A stretch of DNA of 64,000 bases from Octopus sinensis (lineage: Eukaryota): the NCBI RefSeq assembly GCF_006345805.1, contig NC_043003.1, forward strand, positions 53,878,001 through 53,942,000. The letters run 5' to 3'. Position numbers and translations under genes: made by a program. Of the stretch, positions 25,621-37,435 are shown one piece after another. The first letter of the stretch is position 1. Each line of letters starts with the position of its first letter. The notes below the pieces were generated by a model. It was not told where the DNA came from and did no database searches. It worked only from the letters and a program-made list of their open reading frames with translations.

Positions 25621-25797
25621 ATATATATATAATTTTTTTTATTAAATATATAACTTATAACTAGATCTCAAAAAGTATGAAATGAATGATAAATATATAA
25701 TATATGTAAAAACATATTATATATTTATCATTCATTTTATACTTTTCGAGATCTAGTTATAAGTTATATATTTATATAAAAAAATTATATATATATT
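25621..25797. repeat. AT-rich ~175-bp palindrome
   Basis: TAACTTATAACTAGATCTC.AAAAGTAT.AAATGAATGATAAATATATAATAT and its reverse complement around a centre at ~25709. Confidence 0.85.
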
Positions 25798-25864
25798 TGT
25801 TATTTATGTATTGGTTTAGGTCTATCTCTGTTTGAGTTGCATAATAACGGTTTTATCTCTAATT

Positions 25865-25902
<38 letters not shown>

Positions 25903-26282
25903 TTCATTTGGGTTTTAACACTGGAATTTATTCTATTAAGCTCATCCACAGACCCATACTATCATACAGATGGTAATCCGGAGATTGCTTGTTATATCAA
26001 ACGCATGGCTGCATGCCTGAAATTCCACAAATAACAGCATTCATGAAGTGTGTATGTATCATGAGTGCTCGCTCATTTTCTTTGAAGCACGCGTAGGAAC
26101 TATAATATAAACTTGCATTTATCCTTATTTTTCCTTCTTTTGCATTCTAGTTCATAACTAGTAGCATTACTTTGTATAAGAGTCACTTAACAACTATAAG
26201 CGAAGTAGAATGGAATACGATAATCTTCGTGAAACTCTAAATATAACAGTAGCATTCGTACATCTATTTGTACACTCATTTT

Positions 26283-26317
<35 letters not shown>

Positions 26318-26792
26318 CAACAATTGAGGGTAAAATTAATTAATTAATCAATTTCACCAAGTATTCAGTATGCAAAGGGACCAATTAAGGCGAATTAAAA
26401 TAAATTAGTAAAATAAATTACTTTGCCGCATACTGAACTCATTAGAAATAATTTATTTTACTAAGCCCTTTTATATAATGTAATAATTTGAATCGCCTTA
26501 ATTGGTCCCTTTGCATACTGAATACTTGGTGAAATTGATTAATTAATTAATTTTACCCTCAATTGTTGAAATTATAATTCATCTCTCTCTATATAATGCC
26601 TCGGATTTTACCGAAAAAAGCATAGTGTTTACTGATTTTAACCCCGCTGGTGGAAAGGGGAGAGCAGAAATTCTTCGCTTGCATTTTTGAGTTTGCTGGC
26701 ACTGTTAGTTTCGAGCAGATCTTCAGAAGCGATAAGAAGCCGAAAGGGTATGCTCCCACTTTCAGTGTTTTCAAATCCAAACCAGGGAGTTC

Positions 26793-26845
26793 TGAGCTGA
26801 TGATAGAAATGTCGAGTTTGACTAATCTTGAAACGTACGTTCTCA
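26793..26845 (+). ncRNA. Type I hammerhead ribozyme motif (unit 1)
   Basis: TGAG-CTGATGA-T-AGA..GTC(GAGTTT)GAC..TCT-T-GAAA-CGTACG-TT-CTCA; palindrome ACGTACGT; GUU site (H=26841). Confidence 0.85.
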
Positions 26846-27352
26846 AATAACCTTTGCATTTGATTTTTTAATGTCTCTACCCCCATACTTTCGTGAGTTG
26901 AATTGAGCAAACACTATATGAGAGAGGTTTTCTTTAAGTATTAGAAATAGCTTTAAAAAAGTTTTTTTAGCTGCTATTTCTAATGAGTTCAGTATGCGGC
27001 AAAGTAATTATTTTACTAAGCCCTTTTATATAATGTAATAATTTGAATTCGCCTTAATTGGTCCCTTTGCATACTGAATACTTGGTGAAATTGATTAATT
27101 AATTAATTTTACCCTCAATTGTTGTTGAAATTATAATTCATCTCTCTCTATATAATGCCTCGGATTTTACCGAAAAAAGCATAGTGTTTACTGATTTTAA
27201 CCCACGCTGGTGGAAAGGGGAGAGCAGAAATTCTTCGCTTGCATTTTTGAGTTTGCTGGCACTGTTAGTTTCGAGCAGATCTTCAGAAGCGATAAGAAGC
27301 CGAAAGGGTATGCTCCCACTTTCAGTGTTTTCAAATCCAAACCAGGGAGTTC

Positions 27353-27405
27353 TGAGCTGATGATAGAAATGTCGAGTTTGACTAATCTTGAAACGTACGT
27401 TCTCA
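27353..27405 (+). ncRNA. Type I hammerhead ribozyme motif (unit 2)
   Basis: identical to 26793-26845, 560 nt downstream (H=27401). Confidence 0.85.
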
Positions 27406-27586
27406 AATAACCTTTGCATTTGATTTTTTAATGTCTCTACCCCCATACTTTCGTGAGTTGAATTGAGCAAACACTATATGAGAGAGGTTTTCTTTAAGTA
27501 TTAGAAATAGCTTTAAAAAAGTTTTTTTAGCTGCTATTTCTAATGAGTTCAGTATGCGGCAAAGTATTTATTTTACTAAGCCCTTT

Positions 27587-27623
<37 letters not shown>

Positions 27624-27665
27624 TATTATACATATATATATATATATATTTACATAAATAAGCAA

Positions 27666-27905
27666 TAAATTGAGAGATTCAATTGACAATCTAATAATAT
27701 ATTCATATTATAAGATAACATAAAAAATTATCTAAAAACCCCCAAAAGTCAACTATTTGTTTCGTCTTAAGATATATAAGGCGAAACAAATTGTTAGCAT
27801 TCTTGGTTCTTTAATAATTTTTTATGTTATATTATATTCATAGTATATTATGTTGTATTATAATGTAAATAAATTATTAGATTGTCAATTGAATCTCTCG
27901 ATTTA
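27666..27905. mobile_element. Fold-back of a PLE-like 3' terminus
   Basis: outer arms GAGAGATTCAATTGACAATCTAATAAT / ATTATTAGATTGTCAATTGAATCTCTC; central ATTTGTTTCGTCTTA / TAAGGCGAAACAAAT retains only the CGAAAC half of an HHR. Confidence 0.7.
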
Positions 27906-28116
27906 ATTTATTGTTTGTAATTTGCATTATTTCCTTATTTCTGTGCTATTGTACTGAAGTACCAGTGAGTTCGATGTTTTACACACCCCTAAGAAGGAAT
28001 TTCGTTCCTTAGTTTGTTACTTTAATACATACATACACATATACACACATACATACATACATACATACATACATACATACAACATACATACATACATACA
28101 TACATACATATGTATA

Positions 28117-28157
<41 letters not shown>

Positions 28158-28360
28158 AATATATATATATGTAAAAGTAAATAAATGGTACAACGAGGCA
28201 CCGATATTTACTGGAAAATAGCAATCGTAATAAATACGACGCTATTGTATAGCTTCACTGTGTATATACAAGCAAAGACGCGTGTGTGCAATAAACATGA
28301 AGAAAATGTGTCTTACCTCTAGAAAGAACATCTGATAAATGGAAAACCTAGAATCGGATA

Positions 28361-28431
28361 ATGCAGGACCGGTTTCTGACTCTTCAAATACGTTTGACAA
28401 CGTAGATTTGGTTTGTCTTCATCAGCTGCAT
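28361..28431 (-). ncRNA. Type I hammerhead ribozyme motif with extended stem II
   Basis: minus strand ATGCAG-CTGATGA-A-GAC..CAAAT.TACGTT(GTCA)AACGTA.TTTG..GTC-A-GAAA-CCGG-TC-CTGCAT; 6-bp stem I, palindrome ACCGGT, GUC site (H=28367); host element ~28170-28455 between (TA)n tracts. Confidence 0.9.
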
Positions 28432-28519
28432 ATACTTAGACAAAATTTAAAATATATGTAAATATATATATATATATACTTTATCTTTTAGTTGTTTCAC
28501 ACAATCAAACACATTTTTC

Positions 28520-28562
28520 CCAAGTTTCAGCTCAGAGCTGCGGCCATGCTGATGTACCGCCG
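28520..28562 (-). mobile_element. Solo LINE/SINE 3' tail
   Basis: GGCGGTACATCAGCATGGCCGCAGCTCTGAGCTGAAAC; same motif as 56875-56912 and the SINE A tail. Confidence 0.6.
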
Positions 28563-29403
28563 TTATGTATGAATATAAGTATGTATCTATTTATAAGTAC
28601 ATACATACATATATACACACATGCATGCATTCACACATACATGCATAATATGTGTGTATATTCTTGTGTCTGTGACAGCGTGTGTGTATATGTTTATACT
28701 GACGAAAAACCGGCGTTAATAGCTGTGTTTTTTTAATTTAATGTTTCTAAAAGTAAAGATCGATAAAATAAGAACCAGATTGAAAGAAATACTACGGTAA
28801 ATATGATGAAGTAAACCATTAAAGGCTGTGTTCCAGAATGGCTACCGCTCAGTATGTTGATCCAATGAAAGAACATACACAAACACACACTAGCACACAC
28901 ACACACACATACACACACACACACATACACACACACACACACACATACGCACACGCACAGACACACGCATTCACAAACATATCCGTGTGTGCCTGTGTGT
29001 GTGTTTGTACGCACTTCTGCATGTGTCTCAGAATGTTTGAAATTAACGATGTTAATTTAACGATAGTGATGTTAAAGTGAAAACAAAGTGCAGTTATTAG
29101 TTTGACGCTCAATGAGAGAATAAGAAAGTGTGCTTCTCATGTTTTGAGATTATCCCATCCTCAAAAAGTTAGAGATAATTAGGAGAATGAAACGTGTAGA
29201 GGAAAGAAAGTAAATGAGAGTAACGAAGAAAAGTGGTTTGGTCTGTGCGACGTTATGTTCTCAAGAGCTGAGGTCGAATAACTAGCAGTGAAACAGAAGG
29301 AATGCTGTTTCATGCGTACAAGGTGAACAAGGGAAGTAACTGAGCGTAAATTATGTAAGGATGTGATACTCGTGTATCGGGATCTTTACCTTTTGCCATA
29401 CAG

Positions 29404-29836
29404 ATTTAAAGAATAATTTTTTGTAACTAAACACTTTCAAACTTCGTATACTGGTAGAATGTGTCATATAAAACACCTTTTACTCTTAGTGTTTTTGAGA
29501 AAAGTTTATGTTTATAAAGTTATTTTGTATTGAAGTTCTTGTATTTTGGTAATTTCAACCAATCAATGACGTGTATTGAGCTGAATAAAATTACTGCCGC
29601 TGTTTGTCAACAAGAACTTCCGGCGGTGTATATTTCGTTTGTCACTGCTATTTATTACAACCCTAACTCTAAAACCCTAACCCTAACCTTAAAACCTTAA
29701 CCCTAACCCTAAAACCCTAAGGCTAACACTAACACCCTAAGCCTAACCCTAACACCCTAACCCTAAACCTAACACTAACCCTAAAACCTTAAAGCTAAAA
29801 CCAGTACAAACGCACGAACAATGTCATAAATAACAG
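29404..29836. mobile_element. Truncated putative non-autonomous DNA transposon carrying a telomere-like tract
   Basis: begins TTAAAG (TTAA followed by RR, Kolobok-like; weak evidence); inverted motif CTGCTATTTATTACA / TGTCATAAATAACAG brackets the CCCTAA tract; right side cut by a SINE. Confidence 0.4.
29659..29802 (+). repeat. Degenerate interstitial telomeric repeat (CCCTAA)n
   Basis: aaccctaactctaaaaccctaaccctaa.. about 20 variant units. Confidence 0.9.
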
Positions 29837-30047
29837 AGACACACAAACACACGCACACACACACATATGTATATACATATATACGACGGGCTTCTTTCAG
29901 TTTCCGTCTACCAAATCCACTCACATGGCATTGGTCGGCCTGAGGCTATAGTAAAAGACACTTGCCCAAGGTGCTACGCAGTGGGACTGAACCCGGAATC
30001 ATGTGGTTGGTAAGCAAGCTACATACCACACAGCCACTCTTACGCCT
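29835..30047 (-). mobile_element. SINE family A, 5' half
   Basis: same head and body as 5228-5387. Confidence 0.88.
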
Positions 30048-30329
30048 ATATAGTGGTTACAATGTATGTATATATTTTGTAAAAAATGCGCAAAAAAAGC
30101 GTCTGCGTGCATGAATTTGCATATACTTATACTTAGTATGTGGACGTAGATATAGATATTTATTAATATAGGAATACACACGTACACACATGTGTGTATA
30201 TACACATATACATACACCATACATTCACATAGACTGAAATTGAAAGTTTGGTAAAGACAAGCATTCATACATATACGCGTACATAGAAACAAGGTTTGTT
30301 ATGCCGAGAGAACTCAATAGCTTACGCAG

Positions 30330-30449
30330 CGTATGTGTGTGCATGTGTGTATGCACGTGTGTGTGCGTGCGTGTGTATTTGTACGTGAATTATTTATTTG
30401 AAATATTTATCCCTGAAGTATCTTCAGCTTCATAAAATACACACTCATG

Positions 30450-30492
<43 letters not shown>

Positions 30493-30510
30493 TATATGTA
30501 TATATAAATG

Positions 30511-30579
<69 letters not shown>

Positions 30580-30611
30580 GAATATATATCTCTCTCTCTC
30601 TCTCTCCTCTC

Positions 30612-30642
<31 letters not shown>

Positions 30643-30651
30643 AATATATAT

Positions 30652-30687
<36 letters not shown>

Positions 30688-31309
30688 TATATATATCTAT
30701 ATCTATGTCTATATATATGTATATAAATAAATAAATAAATAAATAAAAAAAATATATATATATATACATACATACATACATACACAAACACATTCCTACT
30801 CTCAACTCTCATACACACACACACATACACATGTTTATAGAAATAAGCATACATATAAATAAACATATACACAGAAGTGAAAGTATACTTCTGATGTCAA
30901 AATTTCACCTTGTAGATAATTCATAAATTCCCAGCGCCATCCCGGCATCAGACATGGACACGCGCGCATACAAACACACACACTTTCACACACATACTTA
31001 CACACACACACACACATACACAACCTCACACACACACACACACACTAAGCTACCACTACCGAGACTACCCCAGGCATCATGTCACCATCTCAACATCCTC
31101 TCTGCCCCAAATTATGGCATCACTTACTCAAATTGCATTATCACCCCATGTGTTAAGATGTTTCGTTGTTGATCCATCTCCCTGTTATTTTGTTATTTAT
31201 TATGGTTCTTCTTCTTCTTCTTCTTCTTCTTTCTTCTTCTTCTTCTTCTTCTTCTTCTTCTTCTTCTTCCTCGATGTCGTCGTCGTCGTCATTAACGTAT
31301 CAAAACAGT

Positions 31310-31345
<36 letters not shown>

Positions 31346-31453
31346 TACATACATACACACTTATATATACGTGTGTTTACGTATTTACGTAAATATGTTT
31401 GTTTAGTTGTATAAACATAATAGGCACTCTCACAGAGAGACAGACGCACATAC

Positions 31454-31485
<32 letters not shown>

Positions 31486-31568
31486 TAATATATATACACA
31501 CACACATATACATATATAAATAATTAAAAAATATATATTTATGTGTGTATGTATGAATATAAGTATGG

Positions 31569-31606
<38 letters not shown>

Positions 31607-31734
31607 GTATGTACGTATGTATATATATATATATATGTGAGTGTATATATATATATACGCATATATACATATACGTATATATATATATATATATGTGAGT
31701 GTATATATATATATATACGCATATATACATATAC

Positions 31735-31780
<46 letters not shown>

Positions 31781-31860
31781 TATATATCTTTGTACGAATA
31801 CACACTCATACACACACACACAAACTCACATATCTCTATGTATATATATATGTGTGTGTG
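30330..31860. repeat. Compound (TA), (CA) and (CTT) microsatellite field with short unique spacers
   Basis: direct reading. Confidence 0.85.
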
Positions 31861-32646
31861 CGTTTGTGTACTTGTACTAAAGCCGCATTGTACTGTATTG
31901 TTCTTTAATTCTATTGTTTTGCTTGCCAACGCTTCTCTTGTCACTTTTTACCCTTCTCGTGAAAGAACTACTATTTATTCTACCAAATCGTATTATATAA
32001 AATAATAAATTAAATCATTGTTGTTGTTTTCACAATACTTTCTACTTTCTCTTTGCCTCTCCGCTCCTCCATCCCACCATATTTTTTTCATAATATATTT
32101 TTCAATTAATGTTTTCTTTTCTTTTCTTTTCTTTTCTTTTTCTTTCAAAATCATTAACATACAACCAAAGTGTAGTTGTAATTATAGAAACGGCACTTAA
32201 ATATTTTATGATTTTATTGTGTAGTTAGGCGAAGAAGATCACTGCCCCTGACCTTTTGCTGGGCCTTCTAGACAGGTAGGGGAGAGCAAAGAAAGAAACC
32301 ACGACTCTAAACTTATCCTTAGACCACAGAGCTGTAGTTTTATGTTGTACTTTTATGTTATACTGTTATGCTATGCAGTTTTGTGCAGGAGAAGTAAATA
32401 GGGAAAAAATTCCTATTTTGATATTTTTTATTGGCGTGTCGATTTTTCTGCTCGACATGTAGCCTAAACCTCCCTCAAAGCAAACAACAGCCTTAATAAT
32501 AATTAAAAAAAAACCTTAAAAAGGAAAAAAAAAAAACGCAGCAACATACTTCAGACTTCCAAAAAATAAGGAGCATTCATGGTTTTATTGTTTTGATCAT
32601 AGGTAAACTCTATCAGAATTGACCTGGTAGACAACAACAAAAATAG

Positions 32647-32842
32647 TGGAGGCGCAATGGCCTAGTGGTTAGGACAGCGGACTCGCGTTCTTACGACAGC
32701 AGTTTCGATTCCAAGACCGGGCATTGTGAGTGTTTTTTGAGCAAAAACACCTAAGCTCCACGAGGCTCCGGCGGGGGAGTGTGGTGAACCCCGCTGTACT
32801 CTTTCACCACAACTTTCTCTCACTATTTCTTCATACTTCTTC
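32647..32842 (+). mobile_element. SINE family B, 5' part
   Basis: GTGGAGGCGCAATGGCCTAGTGGTTAGG..AAGCTCCACGAGGCTCCGGC. Confidence 0.85.
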
Positions 32843-33699
32843 CACAAAGCAGAGGAACCATGGTGTAACCACACTATGGTGTGGTAAACTTTCAGACACT
32901 AGTCTAGATGGCGAATCCTCTGTACCCCAGGATGGTTCAGCTCTCCACCCGTTAAAAAACCACCGTTTACAGAATGAAGATAACAACATAACTTTCGCGC
33001 CCGTGCAACCACCAGTCTATCGTGTGTGGTGGGTAGATCTTGAAGTTGCCGCACGCATTCTTAGTATCTTAGAGTAGGCTCGAATTAGAGATTATTCTTT
33101 GTGACTAATGGCGTGAGTCTGATTGGAAGAAGAAGAAGAAGACAACAACAATAGCATGAAAAACACCTATAAAGACAACATCATCACCGATAATCAGCCA
33201 ATGAGGAAATCTTGTATTTCGAGCTGAGTCGTCTCTATTCCACTCGATCCGAAAGAAATAATAGCTAGTTTTCCCTCAAATTACTTCTGTCATCTTAAAA
33301 ATATGACGGCATATAATATAATGCCACAAAAGCAAAAACAATCACGGTATTGGACGTGCCAAAAAGAGAGCCTCGACGTAGTCATTCAACTAGCAAGAAG
33401 TAGCGGCCAAATCTCTCTCAAAGTAAACTCCATCGTCTTAAGTAAAGAAGGACATATTGGTTAATGTTGTTCTAGATACTATTAAAAGAAAAGAAAAACA
33501 GCAGTCAGGGCTTGAATACATTCGATCACAGGTCTGCATAATAAAGGAAGATCTGGGACTAGAAATCATAATCCTCATCTTCAACAAGAAAGGTGTAGGA
33601 GCAGCTAATTTCTAAACAGAGCAAAAAAGCGAAATGATTTCTAACGTAGACAAATAGCTAAACATTTGCTCAGGTGCGGCAGTCGGAGTACTTTATTTT

Positions 33700-34580
33700 A
33701 TCGATTCTGAATTCAAATGTCGCTAAGTTAAACTTTGTCTTCCAACCTTCCAGAATTGGTAAAATAAAGTACGAGTCAAATACTTGGATAGATACGATTG
33801 ATTATTCTCTCCCGTCAAATTTATAACCTTTTGCCTGTTTTAGAAATTGATAGCTACCCCAGAATGATGAAAGATGAGGTTGACATCGGTAGGGTTAGAA
33901 CTTAAAACGTAAAGAGAAATTATTTGACGTAGTACGAATTGTTTTTTTTTTTTATATCTGATGCGCTACTGATTCCGCTCGTCTATCGCTCTCAAAGCAG
34001 CACAGAAAAAAAAGTGGTTGCATATGTTGGCACAAACACGGCAATTTAGAAGTTAGGAGTGAATCAGTTACATCGATCCTAGCACTTAGCAGTTACTTTA
34101 TTTCATCGACCCCGGAAAGAGGAGTAGCAATGTTGAGCCGGTCGAGATCTAATCTCAGAAAGTAAACAAGCGGACAAATACCGCAAGACATTTTTACCCA
34201 ATGCTCTAACGCTGCTAATTCGCCATTTTATAAGCAACATATTTTAAGCATAAGGCCTGCAATTTTTGAGCGTGGGAGATTGTATTTTACAGAACCCAGT
34301 ACATGACTGATACTTTATTTTATTGACACACACAAAAATAAATAAATAAATAAATAAATAAATAAAAGTAAAGTTGATCTCGGCGGGATTTGAACTCAAA
34401 ACGTAAAGAGTCGGAATAAGCAATATAAATGTTTTCTAATTTAGTCGCAAGTCCAGAAATTTTGAAGGGAGGTGATTATTCTATTATATCGACCCCAGTA
34501 GTTGACTAACACTTCATTTTATCGATTCCGTAAGTTAACCTCGGTGGGATTTGAACTCAGAACGTAAAGGTCCAGAATAA
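33700..34580. mobile_element. Cluster of ~5 old family D (Nin-like) SINE copies, mostly on the minus strand
   Basis: repeated ATCGACCCC..G.TGA.CTCGG.GGGATTTGAACTCAGAACGTAAAG variants. Confidence 0.7.
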
Positions 34581-35591
34581 ACAACAGAATCAATAACAGT
34601 TAGGTATACCATTGCACATGGGCATATCTTTACTCTTCGTATGAATTTTCATGTGACGAGAACCAAGTGCGAATCGTACCAAAGAGCGGTGTCTAGAGAC
34701 TATCTCTTCTAAAATTTTCAGAATCTTTAATAGAAGAGATACATGTTGATACCAATCACTTTTTTAACGTACACTTGGAGTTTATTTTTGCATATAAATA
34801 ATGAACTTCTAATTGCAAAAGTGAAAACTTTCTCAGCTGGTAGCAATACACGTTAAAAAATATTGATTGGCCATTGAAAGAGCAAATATACCACTGGCCA
34901 CTTTTTTTGAATCGCACACACAAATTATAATAAAAGTAAAGCAACAGAGCTGTAGTTATTATTATTATCATTACAGTATTTCAAGAACTTTGTGAAAGAT
35001 ACACACTTTACAAGTTAAGTCTGATTTAACCCAGTGGCACCCGATTTTTTTTTATACAAACGGGACACTAGAGAAAATACGAAAAAGAAAAAAAACGGCG
35101 CACTTTGTGTGCATAACATCAAATAAATCTATTTACAAAAATCCTATTTATATATATATTTGTAGGCTAAAATACATATTTTTTTTAGCTTACAAATATG
35201 TATAATTTGAACTACAGGACATTATAAAGTAATTATTCTTTATTCAAGGAATGTATCATAGCTATGGAGACTATATATGCATTATTTTATATTGTATTTT
35301 TCACGTTTAAAAAAAATATAGCTGCAATATTTTCTCAACAAATCTCGCTTGCTACTGCGCGTAATACACATGTGTATAACGTCGCTGTACTTGAGAATTG
35401 GTGATTTAATGAAGTTGCTTACTGAGTCACTTTAGTGCGAATGGTAAAAGCAAATACACCAATTCTAAGTGCGCAATATCTCTTCTGTTGATAAAATTTC
35501 TAAATGTCCTGAACGAGTTAAGAATATAATTTTTCGAACTGCTAATCTTATCTTAAGACATAAAAAATCGTTCCAATATTTAGATATATTA

Positions 35592-35980
35592 AGCTGGTAG
35601 AATCGGTTGCATACCAGAAAAAATCGCTTAGCGGTATTTCGTCTGCGTTACGTTGTGAGTTCAAATTCCGCCGAGGTCGACTTTGCCTTTCATCCTTTCG
35701 GGGTCGATAAATTAAGCACCAGTTACGCACTGGGGTCGATGTAATCGACTTAATACCTATGTCTGTCCTTGTTTGTCCCCGCTGTGTTTAGCCCCTTGTG
35801 GGTAATAAAGAAAAAGGTATTTCGTCCGTCCTTACATTCTGAGTTCAAACTCCACCGACATCAATTTTGCTTTTCTTCCTTTCGAAGTCGATAAAATAAA
35901 TACTAGTTTAACACTGGGGTCGATCTAATAGACTTAACCCCACCCCGTCATTGCTAGCCTTGTGCCAAAATTTGAAACCA
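35592..35980 (+). mobile_element. Family D (Nin-like) SINE, ~1.7 internal units
   Basis: GAGTTCAAATTCCGCCGAGGTCGACTTTGCCTTTCATCCTTTCGGGGTCGATAAATTAAG. Confidence 0.88.
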
Positions 35981-36206
35981 AAATTCAGAAATATTGTTAA
36001 GAAATAATTCTCATTTCGAATTTGGTTCGGTGTAATGTAAATATCTATGAATTAGACAACCGATGACTATCAAATCGATCGAAAAGCAGTGTAGATGTAA
36101 ATATTGTTTTTAGTGCTTTTCTTGAAATAAGGGCGGGGAGGGCCTTAAACTTGGGTGTGGGTATTATTAGTTTAAATCGGTCCAATACTCGAAAGTCACT
36201 TATTTT

Positions 36207-36653
36207 CATTATTTACACAGGACGGACACGTGCCCTCATTCTGTTTCGGCTGATTTAACGTTTCGGCTGATTTACTCTCCAGCCTTCATCAGGTGTTCTG
36301 GTAGGGTTTTGAACCCAAACCTGGGTTCTCAGTCCTAAGGTATTTTCTTGCTGATATCATTATTAGTATTATTATTTGTTCAAGGCACTGCCTGAAATTG
36401 AACTCGTAAACTTGGAGTTTGTAGCCCGCGCTCTTAACCATTGAATAAATAATGATACTAATAATAATAACATCAGTAAAAAATACCTTAGGAATGAGAA
36501 CTCAGGGTTGGGTTCAAAATTCTATCTGGACACCTGAAGGCTGGAGAGTAATTCAGCCGCAACGTTGTGGTAACAGCAAACAAGATGAGGACACATATCC
36601 ATCCAATGTAAATAATGTATAGAATTCCTCATCTCTAAAATATAGAACAGTGA
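36207..36653. mobile_element. Fold-back SINE with tRNA-like head and hammerhead-bearing PLE-like tail, inserted in a family D SINE
   Basis: inverted arms ~36207-36381 and 36442-36617; central tRNA-like segment 36382-36440 (minus strand TGGTTAAGAGCGCGGGCT..GAGTTCAATT); minus strand ACAC-CTGATGA-A-GGCTG..CAGCC-GAAACGTT at 36257-36296; CACTTATTTT duplicated at 36197 and 36654. Confidence 0.75.
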
Positions 36654-36663
36654 CACTTATTTT

Positions 36664-37435
36664 GTTGAACCATAATGGATGAAAGACAATGTTGGCTTCG
36701 GAAATTTTTAATCAGGATGTACAGAGCTGGAAGAAATGTCACAAGGCATTTTCGTCAGTCGCTCTATCTATCTTCCTATCAACTATTGAAAAGTAATTCC
36801 CATATAGACATAAGACCTGAAATTTTGGGGATGGAGATGGTTAAATCATCCGAAGCAATATTTGACAGGCACTTTGTTTTATCGATCTTGAAAGGATGAA
36901 AGGTAAAATTGACTTCGGCAAGATTTGAACTCAGATCGTATCGGAACAAAAACCGTAAGTATTTTCCGAACCTCTCACGATCCAGCCAATTCATCGTGTT
37001 TGTAGATGCAAAAATTAAAACATCTTCCGTTTCTAAAGACGAGGTTAATACTTCTGAAAACCTCTTCACAACTCAAGCAAGTCAAGACAGAAACCCCCAT
37101 AAATAGCTCTTGCAAGTACAAGTTCAAGCAATGTTTTTTCTTTGCTCTAGAACACCGTCTTATCGCTTTTTCTCTATACCCGAGATATGGTTCTTATGAA
37201 GAAAGCATGTGGTCAATCATATCATTAAGATTAACAATTTTTTCTACTATAGGCACATGGCACAAAATTTTTTGGGAAGCGGCTTTTGATTACTTCGATC
37301 TCAGAGATCAACTGGTACTTATTTCATTGACTCCGAAAGGATGAAAGGCAATGTCGATCGTGGTAGAACTTAAAAACGGATAAAACGCTGCTAAGCCTTT
37401 CGTCTGGTGTGCTAACGATTCCGCCAGTTCGCTGC
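36664..37435 (-). mobile_element. Old family D SINE copies (3 pieces)
   Basis: GAAAGGATGAAAGG variants at ~36677, 36891 and 37336. Confidence 0.65.

Larger units (their letters stand above)
26311..27594 (+). mobile_element. Retrozyme-like/PLE-mobilised tandem element: 140-bp inverted 5' piece plus ~2.04 direct copies of a 560-bp unit, in (TA)n
   Basis: 26451-27594 is a near-identical repeat of period ~560; 26311-26450 is the reverse complement (with a small deletion) of unit positions ~26976-27135; one HHR per unit. Confidence 0.9.

Noticed and set aside
26705-26730. Minus-strand CTGAAGA-TCTGCTC-GAAAC as an antisense hammerhead in the 560-bp unit
   Set aside because: No credible stem II, stem III or stem I; worth rechecking on a family consensus
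26589-27470. 66-110 aa ORFs duplicated in the 560-bp unit
   Set aside because: No recognisable domain, overlapping on both strands, ends differ between units through an indel; duplication reflects the tandem only
28699-28730. CTGACGA motif
   Set aside because: No downstream GAAA with stems
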